Source: Octopus sinensis (lineage: Eukaryota). Taken from it: DNA of 64,000 nucleotides. A model generated the notes under the pieces. It saw only the letters and a program-made list of their open reading frames with translations, ran no database searches and was not told the origin of the DNA. This document shows, piece by piece, positions 28,046 to 39,737 of this stretch (position 1 is the stretch's first letter; every line of letters begins with the position of its first letter). The translations under genes were made by a program, and so were the position numbers. Where the stretch lies: the NCBI RefSeq assembly GCF_006345805.1, contig NC_043004.1, forward strand, positions 19,158,001 through 19,222,000, written 5' to 3'.

Positions 28046-31000
28046 GTGAGTAAATAAATAATTTATCATTCACACATACAGATGGGTTGAAGAATACTTA
28101 GTGAAAAAAAAATCAATATAACAGTAAATAATCCATAGTACATTATCTTGAGAATTTTGCTGACGTTTAAAAGCTGTCACAACACTGTTGAACGTCAATC
28201 GTTTCATGGGGCTCCCAATTTTGCTGGACCAAATTGTCACTTGGTTGTCATCAATGTAATGCAGACAAATTTCTCCAGAAATATTCACAGTAAGCATTAC
28301 AAGACAATCAAACACTCACCAATTTATAATCCTCTTACTTTACATATAAGACAACGTACTAAGCAGACCCATATGAACTGACCTGAATTTCATGTCCTTG
28401 AACACAAATTGTCAGTTCAGGATATGGAGCATAGATTTTTTCAACTGCTTGTTCAATACCCTACTGACTCATCCATTCTCCTCTCTTAAAGCTCTACTAT
28501 GAATATTTGCATTATTCTAAAAGTCAGATTCGATCCATTCACGCACGTGCACTGTCACATACACGCACACACACACACACACATGTACTCACGCACACAC
28601 CTTATCCTCTTTTACCACAGATGTAACAATGACAAGGTTGAAATTTAAACATTTCAAGCATAGTGATTGTGCATTTACATATATATGCACACATGTGTGT
28701 CGCTGTGCATGACATACATGCGTACTCACGTATGCATGTATGACACATGTTAATTTTCTCCAAAGAAGAAAGCATTTTTATTTTAGACGAGAATGCAAAG
28801 TATATTTTTCCCTTCCCAAATTTGTTAACATAACAAATCGTAATAAATGGCTATAAGGAAGGATCGAAAATGCATCGCATTTACGTTTTGTCACATATCG
28901 TACCTCTTTTACTACTCTCATCTCTGGAATGTCTAATATAATTTTTGTTTCAAAAATATCGATTAAAATTTATCATGTGTACTCCGTTCGTTACTTGATC
29001 GGTTGTATGAGAAACAAAAATTAAATGATTTGGTTTCAAGCTCATAAGGAAATCTCTTCACGGTTTGTTTAATCAAAATTTTACATGAAGTTCTTCAATG
29101 ATACCACGTGCAAATAGCTATATGGGCTGTTGTGCTAGTTCTAATATGTGTTTTATTGACCCTAACAAAACTAGAACGTATACATTGTAAGTAAGCAAAC
29201 AAGGAGTCTCCTCTACCGTTTTACTACTTCTCTCATCTAGAGACACCAGTTGTGATTTTTAAATATATTTTTAATGGATTAGTGTCAGGGGGAGGTGCAG
29301 CGCCCATCAGCTTCTTCAGGACCCTCGAGAATGGAGAGAGCGGTAATCTGACCACAAAGCTTGTGATACAATGGATACATCTGAGAGCACACCATGGACA
29401 GATATTCGTGTTAAACCGGTCGGCAGATTAATTCTACACATGATTTAAACGGAAGTGTAAATGATCGTTCTACGATGTTTAACAGATCAATACATTGACG
29501 CGCACGAATAGATTATTTCTTCCTCTAAATACACATTTTGGTTACTGTAATTGACAGCAAACATGTATTTCTCTAATGGCTGAAGGTTATTTCATATATA
29601 TATACTTGCTCTTTTGTTCTGTCTGTCTCCCTCTCTCTCTCTTTCTGATATATATATATATATACATGTGTGTGTGTGTATATACATACATGAACATATA
29701 TATATATAGATAGATAGATAAATATACATATATATGTTTATCTATATACATATATACATATATATATGTATGTATGTATGCATGCATGTATATCTATGCA
29801 TGTAGTAATGTATGTATGTATTTATGTATAATGTATGTATATATGTATGTATACATGTATATATATATATACATACTCTCAATCAAATTCTTTAGTGACG
29901 TACTATTTGTATTAATTATGAATAATTGCACAGGCGTGCTAAAAGCCTCAACCTAGAAACTATGGAATCACACTTGGGATTCAAAATGAGGTCTATATTT
30001 TCGTGCATTATCGGAAGTAAAATAACTTATGTCTTCTATTTAATGGACGTATTTAATTATTGTTATCACTTCCCTTATAAAACATTTAAGGAAAGAAAAC
30101 GGTAACAATAGAGCAGATTGACCATGAAACCATCATAATATCTATGCTAAAATCGATTATACCTGATGAATTGAAGAAACTAATTCGAAAATATTACATT
30201 AGTTCGCGTGCTATAAATTATAGATTTGAAAGCTCAACAACCAATCAAGTCTGTTTTCTTTGTCATTTATCCAATGCCGCTAAAAGAATTACTAGTATTA
30301 TAATACAGCTTATTCCATTAACTACACCCTTTCGTTTGAATCTGAAAATGCTACGATTTGTCTTCTGTACCAAGGATCTTATTCTAGCGACTGAAGTCAC
30401 AGTGGGACCTATTTCCCATTTTATTTATAGATACACTTTGTTTACATTTTAATAATGTATAATTTATGGGATGATGTTTGAAGTGTTATTGTTATTATAA
30501 CTGTCATAATTGTTCCGCACTTGCTGAGTTGATAAGGCACTGCCAGTGTAGTAAAAATATTTCAGATCTATTTAATTAAATTACCCAAACAATGGTACGC
30601 CTGTGTGGAGCCATCACAGTAACATGCAAGTGCCTCTTATTTTTCTCTGTTTATGCATTAATATCAAATCGCAACCAAATAATTAAAAGCTACACTGCCA
30701 ACGGATGATATTATAAATATTTAAAACACATGAAATTTAGTGTAAATGCTCTTGATTTCAACCAATTTGTAATTATATATTCCAATAAGTTATTTCCCCA
30801 CCGAATCTCTCAAATATTATTCTTACACCATTCCTTTATTTTTGAAAGGAATCATCAATATCTAGCAACATTTAAGTCACTTACTTGCGTATTAAGTACG
30901 TATTTCCACGTTCTTTGGACATCTATTTACCTCCAGCTTCCCGCCTCTAGATTACATTTCTTACAATCACAGTTATTATAATCTCAGTTTCAAAAATACG

Positions 31001-31117
31001 TTTAGTGAATATTTCACTCAATCTCTCATGGTTTGCGACTTGTTTACAGACGCTTTGACTATGCAAGCAATCTGTGTTAAGACTTCAAATTAATGAGGTC
31101 AGTGAGAGAATAAAAAT

Positions 31118-31423
31118 AACGTCACCCTTTTCAAGCCTAGCCTGGCTCATGGGCCCGGTTTGCCGGTTTCTGTGGCGTATGTGTTCCCCCCAACTGGACG
31201 GAACGCCAGTCCATCGCAGCGTTACTCAAGAAACAGGAAGAGAGGGTGAGAGAAAGTTGTGGCGAAAGAGTACAACAGGGGTCACCACCACCCCCTGTCG
31301 GAGCCTCGTGGAGCGTTTAGGTGTTTTCGCTCAATAAACACACACAACGCACGGTCTGGGAATCGAAACCGCGATCCTCCGAACGCGAGTCCGCTGCCCT
31401 AACCACTGGGCCATTGCGCCTCC
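31118..31423 (-). mobile_element. tRNA-derived SINE, family C, with perfect 13-bp TSD
   Basis: Minus-strand head GGAGGCGCAATGGCCCAGTGGTTAGGGCAGCGGACT...GTTTCGATTCC. TSD AGAGAATAAAAAT at 31105-31117 and 31424-31436. Confidence 0.88.
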
Positions 31424-32135
31424 AGAGAATAAAAATGTAGTTGCTTAATTTACTTTAGACAGAACCAAATATTCATAAATATTACACCTTCTGGTTAATG
31501 TAGTTCTAGATAATTCTAACTTAATAAACGACGGAGTGATTACAAGATCAACGACTTTGATTATTGCTCTGCTCGGTCAGACATTATCTGAAACGAAACA
31601 ATAACACCACCTTAAATTTAATGTACTCTCCTTCAGAAAATTTAAGCGTTTATTTTATTATTTACCCGAACTATCCTAGTTAAATACTCGATAGTATATA
31701 AAACTTAGAAACTAAGAGACTTGAATGTAGTTTCTATCTGAAAGACAACTGTAAAATTTGACAAATGCGTAACCCCAAAATATAAATAATTTAATACTTT
31801 TATTTGAGCACTAGTATATACTCCTAAAACCCCTTCTCTTCGTCAACGACACAAACCCATTGATTAACTGGAATTTTTAATAAAGGTTCGCCTCCAGTAT
31901 GTCCTCTGACCTCCATAGTTACTCATCACATCAAAGATGTCCGATAATTTGCACATTCAAACAGGCATGCATAGTTAGCACAGGGATATATGTGTTTAAC
32001 ATAAATAATGGTTGGGAGCTACACACACACACATACACACAAAAAATCAGAAATACACACACACGCACGTACACACGCACACACTCACACACATGCAAGC
32101 ACATGCGTACGCATACGTATATGTATGCATATGTG

Positions 32136-32179
<44 letters not shown>

Positions 32180-32464
32180 CATATATGTATGTATGTATGT
32201 ATGTATGTAGGCACAAGTGAAGCATAATTGTCAACGGACGTGAGTTTTATAATCCTGCAAGATATATAACGAAAATGAAATATGAGATATTTATAAAGCT
32301 TTCACAAGGAAAAACAGATAAACATAAATTATTTATTCTAAGAGATTTTCCCAACGACATTTGCTGTTGCTAGATTTTAAAATTTCTTTTTTATTCAATG
32401 TTGTTGAGTATTTTTTTGTCCTTTATCTATAAACCCTCAATATCATCATTACAATAAAGATAGT

Positions 32465-32495
32465 AGTAATAATAATAATAATAATAATAATAATG

Positions 32496-32552
<57 letters not shown>

Positions 32553-32605
32553 GTAATAATAATAATAAGAAGAAGAAGAAGAAGAAGAACAACAACAACA
32601 ACAAC
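32465..32605. repeat. Compound (AAT)n(AAG)n(AAC)n microsatellite
   Basis: Seen directly. Source of the poly-I and poly-Y pseudo-ORFs. Confidence 0.97.
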
Positions 32606-32917
32606 AAGGGCACTCAGAGAGCGCAAACCTCCGCCAAACGCAACACCAATTATGCATGCCTGTTTGAATGTGCAAATCATCTCTCAGCGATTAGCTGGAG
32701 ATGATTTTTGAAATGAGAATGTATGAAGCAAAATCCTTCAATGAGTATCATGAGACCTTTTGGTTTTCTCATCTCTTAAATTCCAGTTTTCCTTTCGTAA
32801 TCCTGTAGTTTTAGATCGAAAAATAAAATTATGTATATATGTAAGTATACTGTAAAGTAATAAAATATATGTATAATCTGCTAATATAATAATGAGCGTT
32901 GTCTTTTTATATATTTG

Positions 32918-32948
<31 letters not shown>

Positions 32949-33115
32949 AAGCCGGAGTGAGAGGTATAGGTAGAGGAGGTAAATGGCAAAGAGAGTGTCG
33001 TATGAATAAGAAAGGAATGGATGATAGAGGAATAACGAGAGGAGTGAAAAAGTCGATAAACGGTGTTTGAAGTGTGATTTTATTTGTGTGCAAACAAGAG
33101 GTGTGTTTGAGTGCG

Positions 33116-33146
<31 letters not shown>

Positions 33147-33470
33147 TTGTGTGTGTGCATGTGTGTGTGTGTGTGTGTTTATGTGTGTACAATGGAAAGA
33201 GGGTGGTAATGCTCAATGCTGAAAATGTGTGAGTATATGTGCATATATGTGTGCATGTACAAGAGAAATATGTGAAGCTTTACACATACATGTAAAGTAA
33301 GGAAAATATTAAAAAAAAATAATCCAGAATCCTTGTCTGGTACCTCATCGATCCAAAAATCTAATCAGTTCGTGTCAAATCCACCCAAACGGTTTTTGAG
33401 TTATCTTGACCACAAACAAACAAACATGTCTGAAAACAATATCTCTGCCTTCGCTAAGGCGGAGTTAATA
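32602..33470 (+). mobile_element. Putative non-autonomous Helentron-associated (HINE/DINE-like) element, expanded by microsatellites
   Basis: 5' ACCTCCGCCAA (32627-32637). 3' (CAAA)n followed by hairpin CTCTGCCTT-CGCT-AAGGCGGAG (33443-33464), whose right arm is an inverted match to the 5' motif. Confidence 0.45.
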
Positions 33471-33837
33471 ATGGCTTGAAATTTTGGCAAAAGGCCAGCA
33501 TTTCTGGAGGGAGGTGATATATCGATAAGTTTTCAATTTGTTTAATCGATTCCGTTTCAATTTTTTTAATCAAATCTCTATTCCTTAATTCTATCCCTGC
33601 TAGGGATTGTTCCTTGCCTCTTTTTAGGTAGATTATTCTGCGCTTCTTGAGTCTAAATTCCATTCTAATATCAGTAGGATGAAAGCAAAGTCGACCCGGT
33701 AGAATTTGAACTCAGAACTTACTAACGGGTGAAATACAAAAAACAACAACAATGATAATAATAATAACAACAACAGCAACAACAACAACAATAATAATAG
33801 CAATAATAATAATAATAATAATGATAATAATAATAAT

Positions 33838-34290
33838 AAGACTGCCGCAGAAAGAAGGTCTAAGTATGGTCTGGATCGAGTACAGAAAGGCTTTTGATAG
33901 TATTCCCCTCACATGGATCCTACAAACACTAACTGTGAACAAGGTAGCACCAATAATCATAAAATATATAAAACACTCTATGAATAAATGACAGAGTCCT
34001 ATATCTCCAAACAAAAGAGGGACTCATAAAAACCAAAGCCATCCCCATTGGAAAAGGAATATTCCAGGGAGACACGCTCTCTCCATTCCTTTTCTGCTTG
34101 GCACTGACACCTTCATCTGACATTCTAAATAGAACTGGATGCTGATACAACTGCTACGGCAAAACAATGAGCCACCTCTAAAATATGGATGAACTAAAAC
34201 TGTACGCTACAAATAATAAACAACTGGAAACATTACTCCAGAGAATACGTGGGTTTACCACAGAAATAAACATGAAATTTGGCTTAGAAA
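33838..34290 (+). mobile_element. R4/Dong-group RT fragment joined to (AAT)n
   Basis: LSMVWIEYRKAFDSIPLTWI, GIFQGDTLSPFLFCLAL and NMDELKLY...INMKFGLEKC correspond to degenerate RT motifs. Confidence 0.82.
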
Positions 34291-34294
34291 AATG

Positions 34295-34650
34295 TGTCAA
34301 TGCACTCGTTCTGTGCCCGAGCATCGTTGACATGTGGATTTATGTCGAACACCTGCTGCGATGTGTGGGAGAGATCCGGCTTCCAACTGAATACATCGTG
34401 AAGATCGGCCAACCGCTTTCTCTTAATCGGGCGGGGCAAGCAGTTTTTATATGCCTGGTGGCTATGGCGAAAGAAGTAGCATGGAAGACGAGATTGAAGA
34501 GGCAGATGACGAATACTTTCTTCCTCGGCCAACTCCTATCAACTTCTTCAAGTGTCAGTTGAAGAGAAAAATATGGATAGAATATTGAAAGATGGATGAG
34601 AGTGGCGAGAATCTGAGATAAGGAACTGAGAAAAGGTGCCTGCCCCAGAA
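34295..34650 (+). mobile_element. Tx1/L1-clade ORF2 C-terminal fragment
   Basis: YVEHLLRCVGEIRLPTEYIVKI...FICLVAMAKEVAWKTRLK resembles Tx1-type ORF2 C-termini (from memory). It abuts the Dong RT fragment directly. Confidence 0.6.
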
Positions 34651-35155
34651 ATTAGGGCACCCGTGGTTTTATGAGGTTTCCCATGAGCACCCCTCAAACG
34701 GCTCCTCCCTGTTGAGACTTATACGTTGTAAAAATGTTACTGATTTTATTGCTCCGCTAAACCTGTTTACACGGAAAACCCTCTCTATCACACACACACA
34801 ATGAATGTTTTGTCCTATGCTGTTCATAATTTTTTTTTCATAATGTAAACACTTTGTAGTCAGTAATGAAATCATTATTATCATTTGAAAAAAATTGTTG
34901 GAGTGTCAGACAAAAAATGATATTAGCTCCGATTCTCTACATTCTGATTCAAGTCCCACAAGGCCAAATTTGGCTAAATTTTGTGGGTTGATAAAATAAA
35001 GTACCTGTCAAGTAATGTTGATGCAGTCGGGTAACAACACCACTCCATAAAATTGTTGGCCCTCTCCCGATGTCTGAAACAAATATATTTTTAGCAGCAT
35101 TAGCGGCTACAGCAACAGTAGAAACTGTAGGGGCATCAGCTGCTGTAGCAGCAGC

Positions 35156-35214
<59 letters not shown>

Positions 35215-35282
35215 CAGTAGTACCATAATCCTCTTGAACAATGTTTCTCTCGATTATGTATGAATATTTTTCTTATTTACAG

Positions 35283-35331
35283 GGCTTCCATTGGCACTTA
35301 TGATAATTTACATAATACTACGAGTCAAAAG
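35283..35331 (+). CDS. Class B1 GPCR exon: TM4 (49 nt)
   Basis: ttatttacAG acceptor, GTAACT donor. Phase 1 to phase 2. Encodes (G)LPLALMIIYIILRVK(S), completing the AWGLP motif. Confidence 0.85.
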
Positions 35332-35398
35332 GTAACTATAAACATATTACTTAATATTTCAAGAAGTAATTTTTCAATAATTAAAGTCGTTTTATCTG

Positions 35399-35431
<33 letters not shown>

Positions 35432-35786
35432 AGAAAATAGTAAAGTGTGAAAAAACGACAGAAGGCTTAAATGTTAAAAAATATATTTGTGTCAAAATGT
35501 CTGGAGAATATTGGAAAAATTTTTTTCCTTTCCTTAAAATGACATAATTTAAAAATTTTTTAAGAAATTACCGGTTTCGCGTGTAGCTTTTCAAATTTCT
35601 TGTGACGTTATGTTTATATTGCATGGAGTTATCGTTGTATTTATTTTCAGGAGATTTCTAAATAAGGGGAGGTAGTGAGTGATTTCTTCCGGTGTAAGGG
35701 AGATAATCGCTTAAAATTTTTTTTTTCCTTTTCCCTTGTTCATTTCTCTGTGTCAGTATGTTCGGATGGTTTTTCCCTTTCCCTTG

Positions 35787-38222
35787 TTAATTTCTCTGTG
35801 TCAGTATGTTCGGATGGTTGAGTCTGGGTTTGTACTTTTCAATGAAGAATGTTTCCTTGTTCAGTCTCATTTGTGTTGATGATCCGAAAGCACATTGGTA
35901 AAATGGGAAGATTAAAAATTGTGGCAGTAGTTGCTTTGCGCATTTCTCAATGTGCTCACTAAAAGGTATCATTCTATATTCTGGGAATGCAATCTGTTGT
36001 CGATGCAGTGTGCATCTACGCCTGAGTGATAGTCCCGTGGAACCCACGTAGTCTTGGTGGCCGCCCGAGCATTTAATGACATAAATTATGTTTTCAGAGG
36101 CACAAGTAAAATTAGATTTGATCTTGAATTTCTGTCCCTCTTTAAAGAAGAATTCTGATCCTTCCAATAGGTTAGGACATGTTGCACAGTTCGATCTACC
36201 ACATTTTTTTACTTTTGCATCCGTAATTTTAGAAGACAATTTTGCCTTTGTGAGAATCTTTTTAAGTGATTTAGGCTGTTTGTAGCTTTTAATGATTTGG
36301 TGTATGTTTAGAATTTCCTTTAATTTTGGGTTTTTATGAAGTATTGGTAAATTCTGGGTGATGATGGTGAAGGCTTCTTTGTTTCTGGGGTTGTATGTAG
36401 ATATGTAAGGTAGTATTTTCGGGGAAGGTGTGTTGTTGTGTTGAACTTTTCTTAAAGTTTCTATGTTGATTTCTGTTGCAGGTCTGATCCCATCCTCTAT
36501 GAGTTGAGCTGGGTAATGTCTGTCAATTAGGGTGTTTTTGAGTTCTTGCAGTCTAAAGTTCCTGGTATTTTGTTCTGACACTATTGTGCATATCCTTCTT
36601 GCAAGGTTGAAGGGGATGTTTGTTTTAGTGTGTCTTGGGAGGCATGAATTAAAAAGAAGGTATTCTTTGGCGTCTGTGGCTTTGTAAAAAATATCTGTTT
36701 CTATTTTAAGGTTAATTTTTTTAATTAGTATATCCAAGAACGGGAGCTCCTTTTGGTTGTATTCCATTGTGAACTGTATATTTGGGTTTATGCTGTTCAA
36801 TAGGTTTTTAAATTTTTGGAGTTTATCTATGTTTTCATTCCAGAGAATGAAACAATCGTCTAGGAATCGTTTCCAATTCTCTTTTATGTATTGAGAGAGG
36901 GAGTTTCCAAAGATTGATAGAGATTCCTGGTAAATGATTATTTCCATGTATCCCATTGTTAAGTTCGCAATGACTGGTGCTGCCCTTGTACCCATAGCAA
37001 TTCCGGATTTTTGACGGTAAAATGTATTGTCAAACATGAAGTGGTTATTGTGTAGGATGAATTCAATTGATTTAGTAATGAATTCCTTACTGATCCTTTT
37101 TGGTATTTCTTCCGGAAATTGGTCTAACCAGAACTGTATTGCCTCCAGTCCATAATTGTGAGGTATACTGGTATACAAGTTGACTACATCAAATGAAACC
37201 AGGATTGTTTCTTCCTTGGTTTTTTTTGGAAGGTGGTTTAACATATCTAAGTCATCTCTGATATGGCTATCGATATGTTTAAGGAAGGGTTTCAGGAGGA
37301 TGTCCATAAGTAGACTTAGTCTGTGTGTTTCACAGGTTGGGCCAGCTACAATGGGTCGTAGTTTTAGGTCCCCCGGATTAGGTGTGTGTATGTATGTCTT
37401 TGGTGATTTTTTAATGGTTTCATTTATAACTTGACTTTTATGAATTTTTGGCAGACCATAGAAAAGGCTAGGTTTGCATTTAAAGTTTGTTAGGAAATCA
37501 ATCTCTTTGGTTGTCAGTTCCTTTTCATGGGTTTTAATTAGTGAAGATAGAGTTTTCATTATTTTTTGTGGGGTGTAGTTGGTAATTTTTTCATAATGTA
37601 GGTCTTCATCAAGCAAGGAAATTACAAGATTTCTGTAGTATGATGTATCCATTATTACAACTGCATTTCCCTTGTTCGCTTCCTTAATGGTTATATCTTC
37701 ATCATTTTGGAGTTCTATCAGTTCTTTCCATTGTGTAGTGTTAAAATTTGGGTTAGCTTTCTGTTTATGTATAGTATGGTAGGGGAAGTTCTCAATGTGG
37801 TTACAGAATTCGTCAAGATCTTTATTTCTTCCTCTGTGTGGGATGTGTTCACTTTTGTTCTTGACTAGTGATTCATCTTCAGTATTGAAACTGTTTGATG
37901 CTTCTGCTAGTCTTAATTTTCTGCAAAATTCTGTTATATTATCCTTGAGTTCATTTAGGTTTGCTCTGCGTGGAGTTGGTGTGAATTTGAGCCCTTTTGC
38001 GAGGATGTCAATTTTTATGTTAGAAAGAGGTTTGGTTGAAAGATTGATTATCTTCGGTTTTTCCTTATTACTAGGTTCCAGCCTGTGTCCTGGTGTCCCT
38101 GGTCCCTGGCTAAAAAATGTTGGGTGTAATTTTGTTTGTATGAGTTGTCTGTGAGGTTGTGTGGTATTTGGTCGGGGGAGTGGTGGTATTGTTGCCTCCG
38201 ATCGTTGTGTGTGTGTGGGAAT
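35787..38222 (-). CDS. Penelope-like RT + GIY-YIG endonuclease; open frame of 811 codons, first ATG at 37652
   Basis: Manual translation extends the 621-aa ORF upstream without stops to the TAG at 38223-38225, through KIINLS, LAKGLKFTPTP and KEANKGNAVVIMD. RT motifs SFDVVNLYT, GIAMGT and RFLDDCF. GIY-YIG IIYVIKC...YVGST. Confidence 0.9.
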   Translation of the reverse strand: MPTHTQRSEATIPPLPRPNTTQPHRQLIQTKLHPTFFSQGPGTPGHRLEPSNKEKPKIINLSTKPLSNIKIDILAKGLKFTPTPRRANLNELKDNITEFCRKLRLAEASNSFNTEDESLVKNKSEHIPHRGRNKDLDEFCNHIENFPYHTIHKQKANPNFNTTQWKELIELQNDEDITIKEANKGNAVVIMDTSYYRNLVISLLDEDLHYEKITNYTPQKIMKTLSSLIKTHEKELTTKEIDFLTNFKCKPSLFYGLPKIHKSQVINETIKKSPKTYIHTPNPGDLKLRPIVAGPTCETHRLSLLMDILLKPFLKHIDSHIRDDLDMLNHLPKKTKEETILVSFDVVNLYTSIPHNYGLEAIQFWLDQFPEEIPKRISKEFITKSIEFILHNNHFMFDNTFYRQKSGIAMGTRAAPVIANLTMGYMEIIIYQESLSIFGNSLSQYIKENWKRFLDDCFILWNENIDKLQKFKNLLNSINPNIQFTMEYNQKELPFLDILIKKINLKIETDIFYKATDAKEYLLFNSCLPRHTKTNIPFNLARRICTIVSEQNTRNFRLQELKNTLIDRHYPAQLIEDGIRPATEINIETLRKVQHNNTPSPKILPYISTYNPRNKEAFTIITQNLPILHKNPKLKEILNIHQIIKSYKQPKSLKKILTKAKLSSKITDAKVKKCGRSNCATCPNLLEGSEFFFKEGQKFKIKSNFTCASENIIYVIKCSGGHQDYVGSTGLSLRRRCTLHRQQIAFPEYRMIPFSEHIEKCAKQLLPQFLIFPFYQCAFGSSTQMRLNKETFFIEKYKPRLNHPNILTQRN

Positions 38223-38530
38223 CTATGGTTGTTAATGCTTGTGGTGTGTGTAAAATTTCTGTATGGGAAATATTTTTGTTTCGAACTTCTTGTATGTGGG
38301 ATGTTGCTTGACATAGTGTTTCTTTGCGTTTGTCTTGTGTTAAGTGGGGACCAGTAGTTTTGGTTCATGGGGTAGTAGTGATTTGTGTGTGGTGTATTTC
38401 TTATCCTAGTGTCGTATTGTGCTATATGGTGGTTGGGTCTGGTATTAGGATGTTGTTGGTTTGTTCTGTTTTTGGTGTAATTTCTTTCATAGACGCGTCC
38501 TCTGTCAGCTAGTTCCCTGTTAGGTCTAGC

Positions 38531-39229
38531 GTGGTTGCAACAGAAATCAACATAGAAACTTTAAGAAAAGTTCAACACAACAACACACCTTCCCCGAAAA
38601 TACTACCTTACATATCTACATACAACCCCAGAAACAAAGAAGCCTTCACCATCATCACCCAGTATTTACCAATACTTCATAAAAACCCAAAATTAAAGGA
38701 AATTCTAAACATACACCAAATCATTAAAAGCTACAAACAGCCTAAATCACTTAAAAAGATTCTCACAAAGGCAAAATTGTCTTCTAAAATTACGGATGCA
38801 AAAGTAAAAAAATGTGGTAGATCGAACTGTGCAACATGTCCTAACCTATTGGAAGGATCAGAATTCTTCTTTAAAGAGGGACAGAAATTCAAGATCAAAT
38901 CTAACTTTACTTGTGCCTCTGAAAACATAATTTATGTCATTAAATGCTCGGGCTGCCACCAAGACTACGTGGGTTCCACGGGACTATCACTCAGGCGTAG
39001 ATGCACACTGCATCGACAACAGATTGCATTCCCAGAATATAGAATGATACCTTTTAGTGAGCACATTGAGAAATGCGCAAAACAACTACTGCCACAATTT
39101 TTAATCTTCCCATTTTACCAATGTGCTTTCGGATCATCAACACAAATGAGACTGAACAAGGAAACATTCTTCATTGAAAAGTACAAACCCAGACTCAACC
39201 ATCCGAACATACTGACACAGAGAAATTAA
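38531..39229 (+). pseudogene. Inverted partial copy of the PLE ORF (GIY-YIG portion only)
   Basis: 232 aa nearly identical to the C-terminus of the main ORF. It differs at N/Y (TQNLP vs TQYLP) and G/C (KCSGG vs KCSGC) and begins at the inversion junction. Confidence 0.88.
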
Positions 39230-39630
39230 CAAGGGAAAGGGAAAAACCATCCGAACATACTGACACAGAGAAATCAACAAGGGAAAAGGAAAAAAAAAAA
39301 ATTTTAAGCGATTATCTCCCTTACACCGGAAGAAATCACTCACTACCTCCCCTTATTTAGAAATCTCCTGAAAATAAATACAACGATAACTGCATGCAAT
39401 ATAAACATAACGTCACAAGAAATTTGAAAAGCTACACGCGAAACCGGTAATTTCTTTAAAAATTTTTAAATTATGTCATTTTAAGGAAAGGAAAAAAATT
39501 TTTCCAATATTCTCCAGACATTTTGACACAAATATATATATTTTTTAACATTTAAGCCTTCTGTCGTTTTTTCACACTTTACTATTTTCTTATATATTTA
39601 CCCACGTGCTTCACCAAACAAACTTTCTTA

Positions 39631-39667
<37 letters not shown>

Positions 39668-39687
39668 GTGTGTGTGTGTGTGTGTGC

Positions 39688-39737
<50 letters not shown>

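Larger units (their letters stand above)
35425..39597 (-). mobile_element. Penelope-like element (endonuclease-containing) with a ~1.06 kb inverted copy of its 3' end
   Basis: Arms 35425-36480 and 38536-39597 are near-identical reverse complements. The left end sits in (TA)n. The RT/GIY-YIG ORF starts in the spacer and runs into the left arm. Confidence 0.95.

Noticed and set aside
31350-31423. tRNA-like sequence (also the heads of SINE A and B)
   Set aside because: No proper acceptor stem, and it is embedded in a TSD-flanked SINE. Not a tRNA gene.
38470-38535. CTGACAGAGGACGCGTCTATGAAA (minus strand) at the PLE 5' junction as a hammerhead
   Set aside because: Core spacing is wrong (extra base before G8) and stems I and III cannot be closed.
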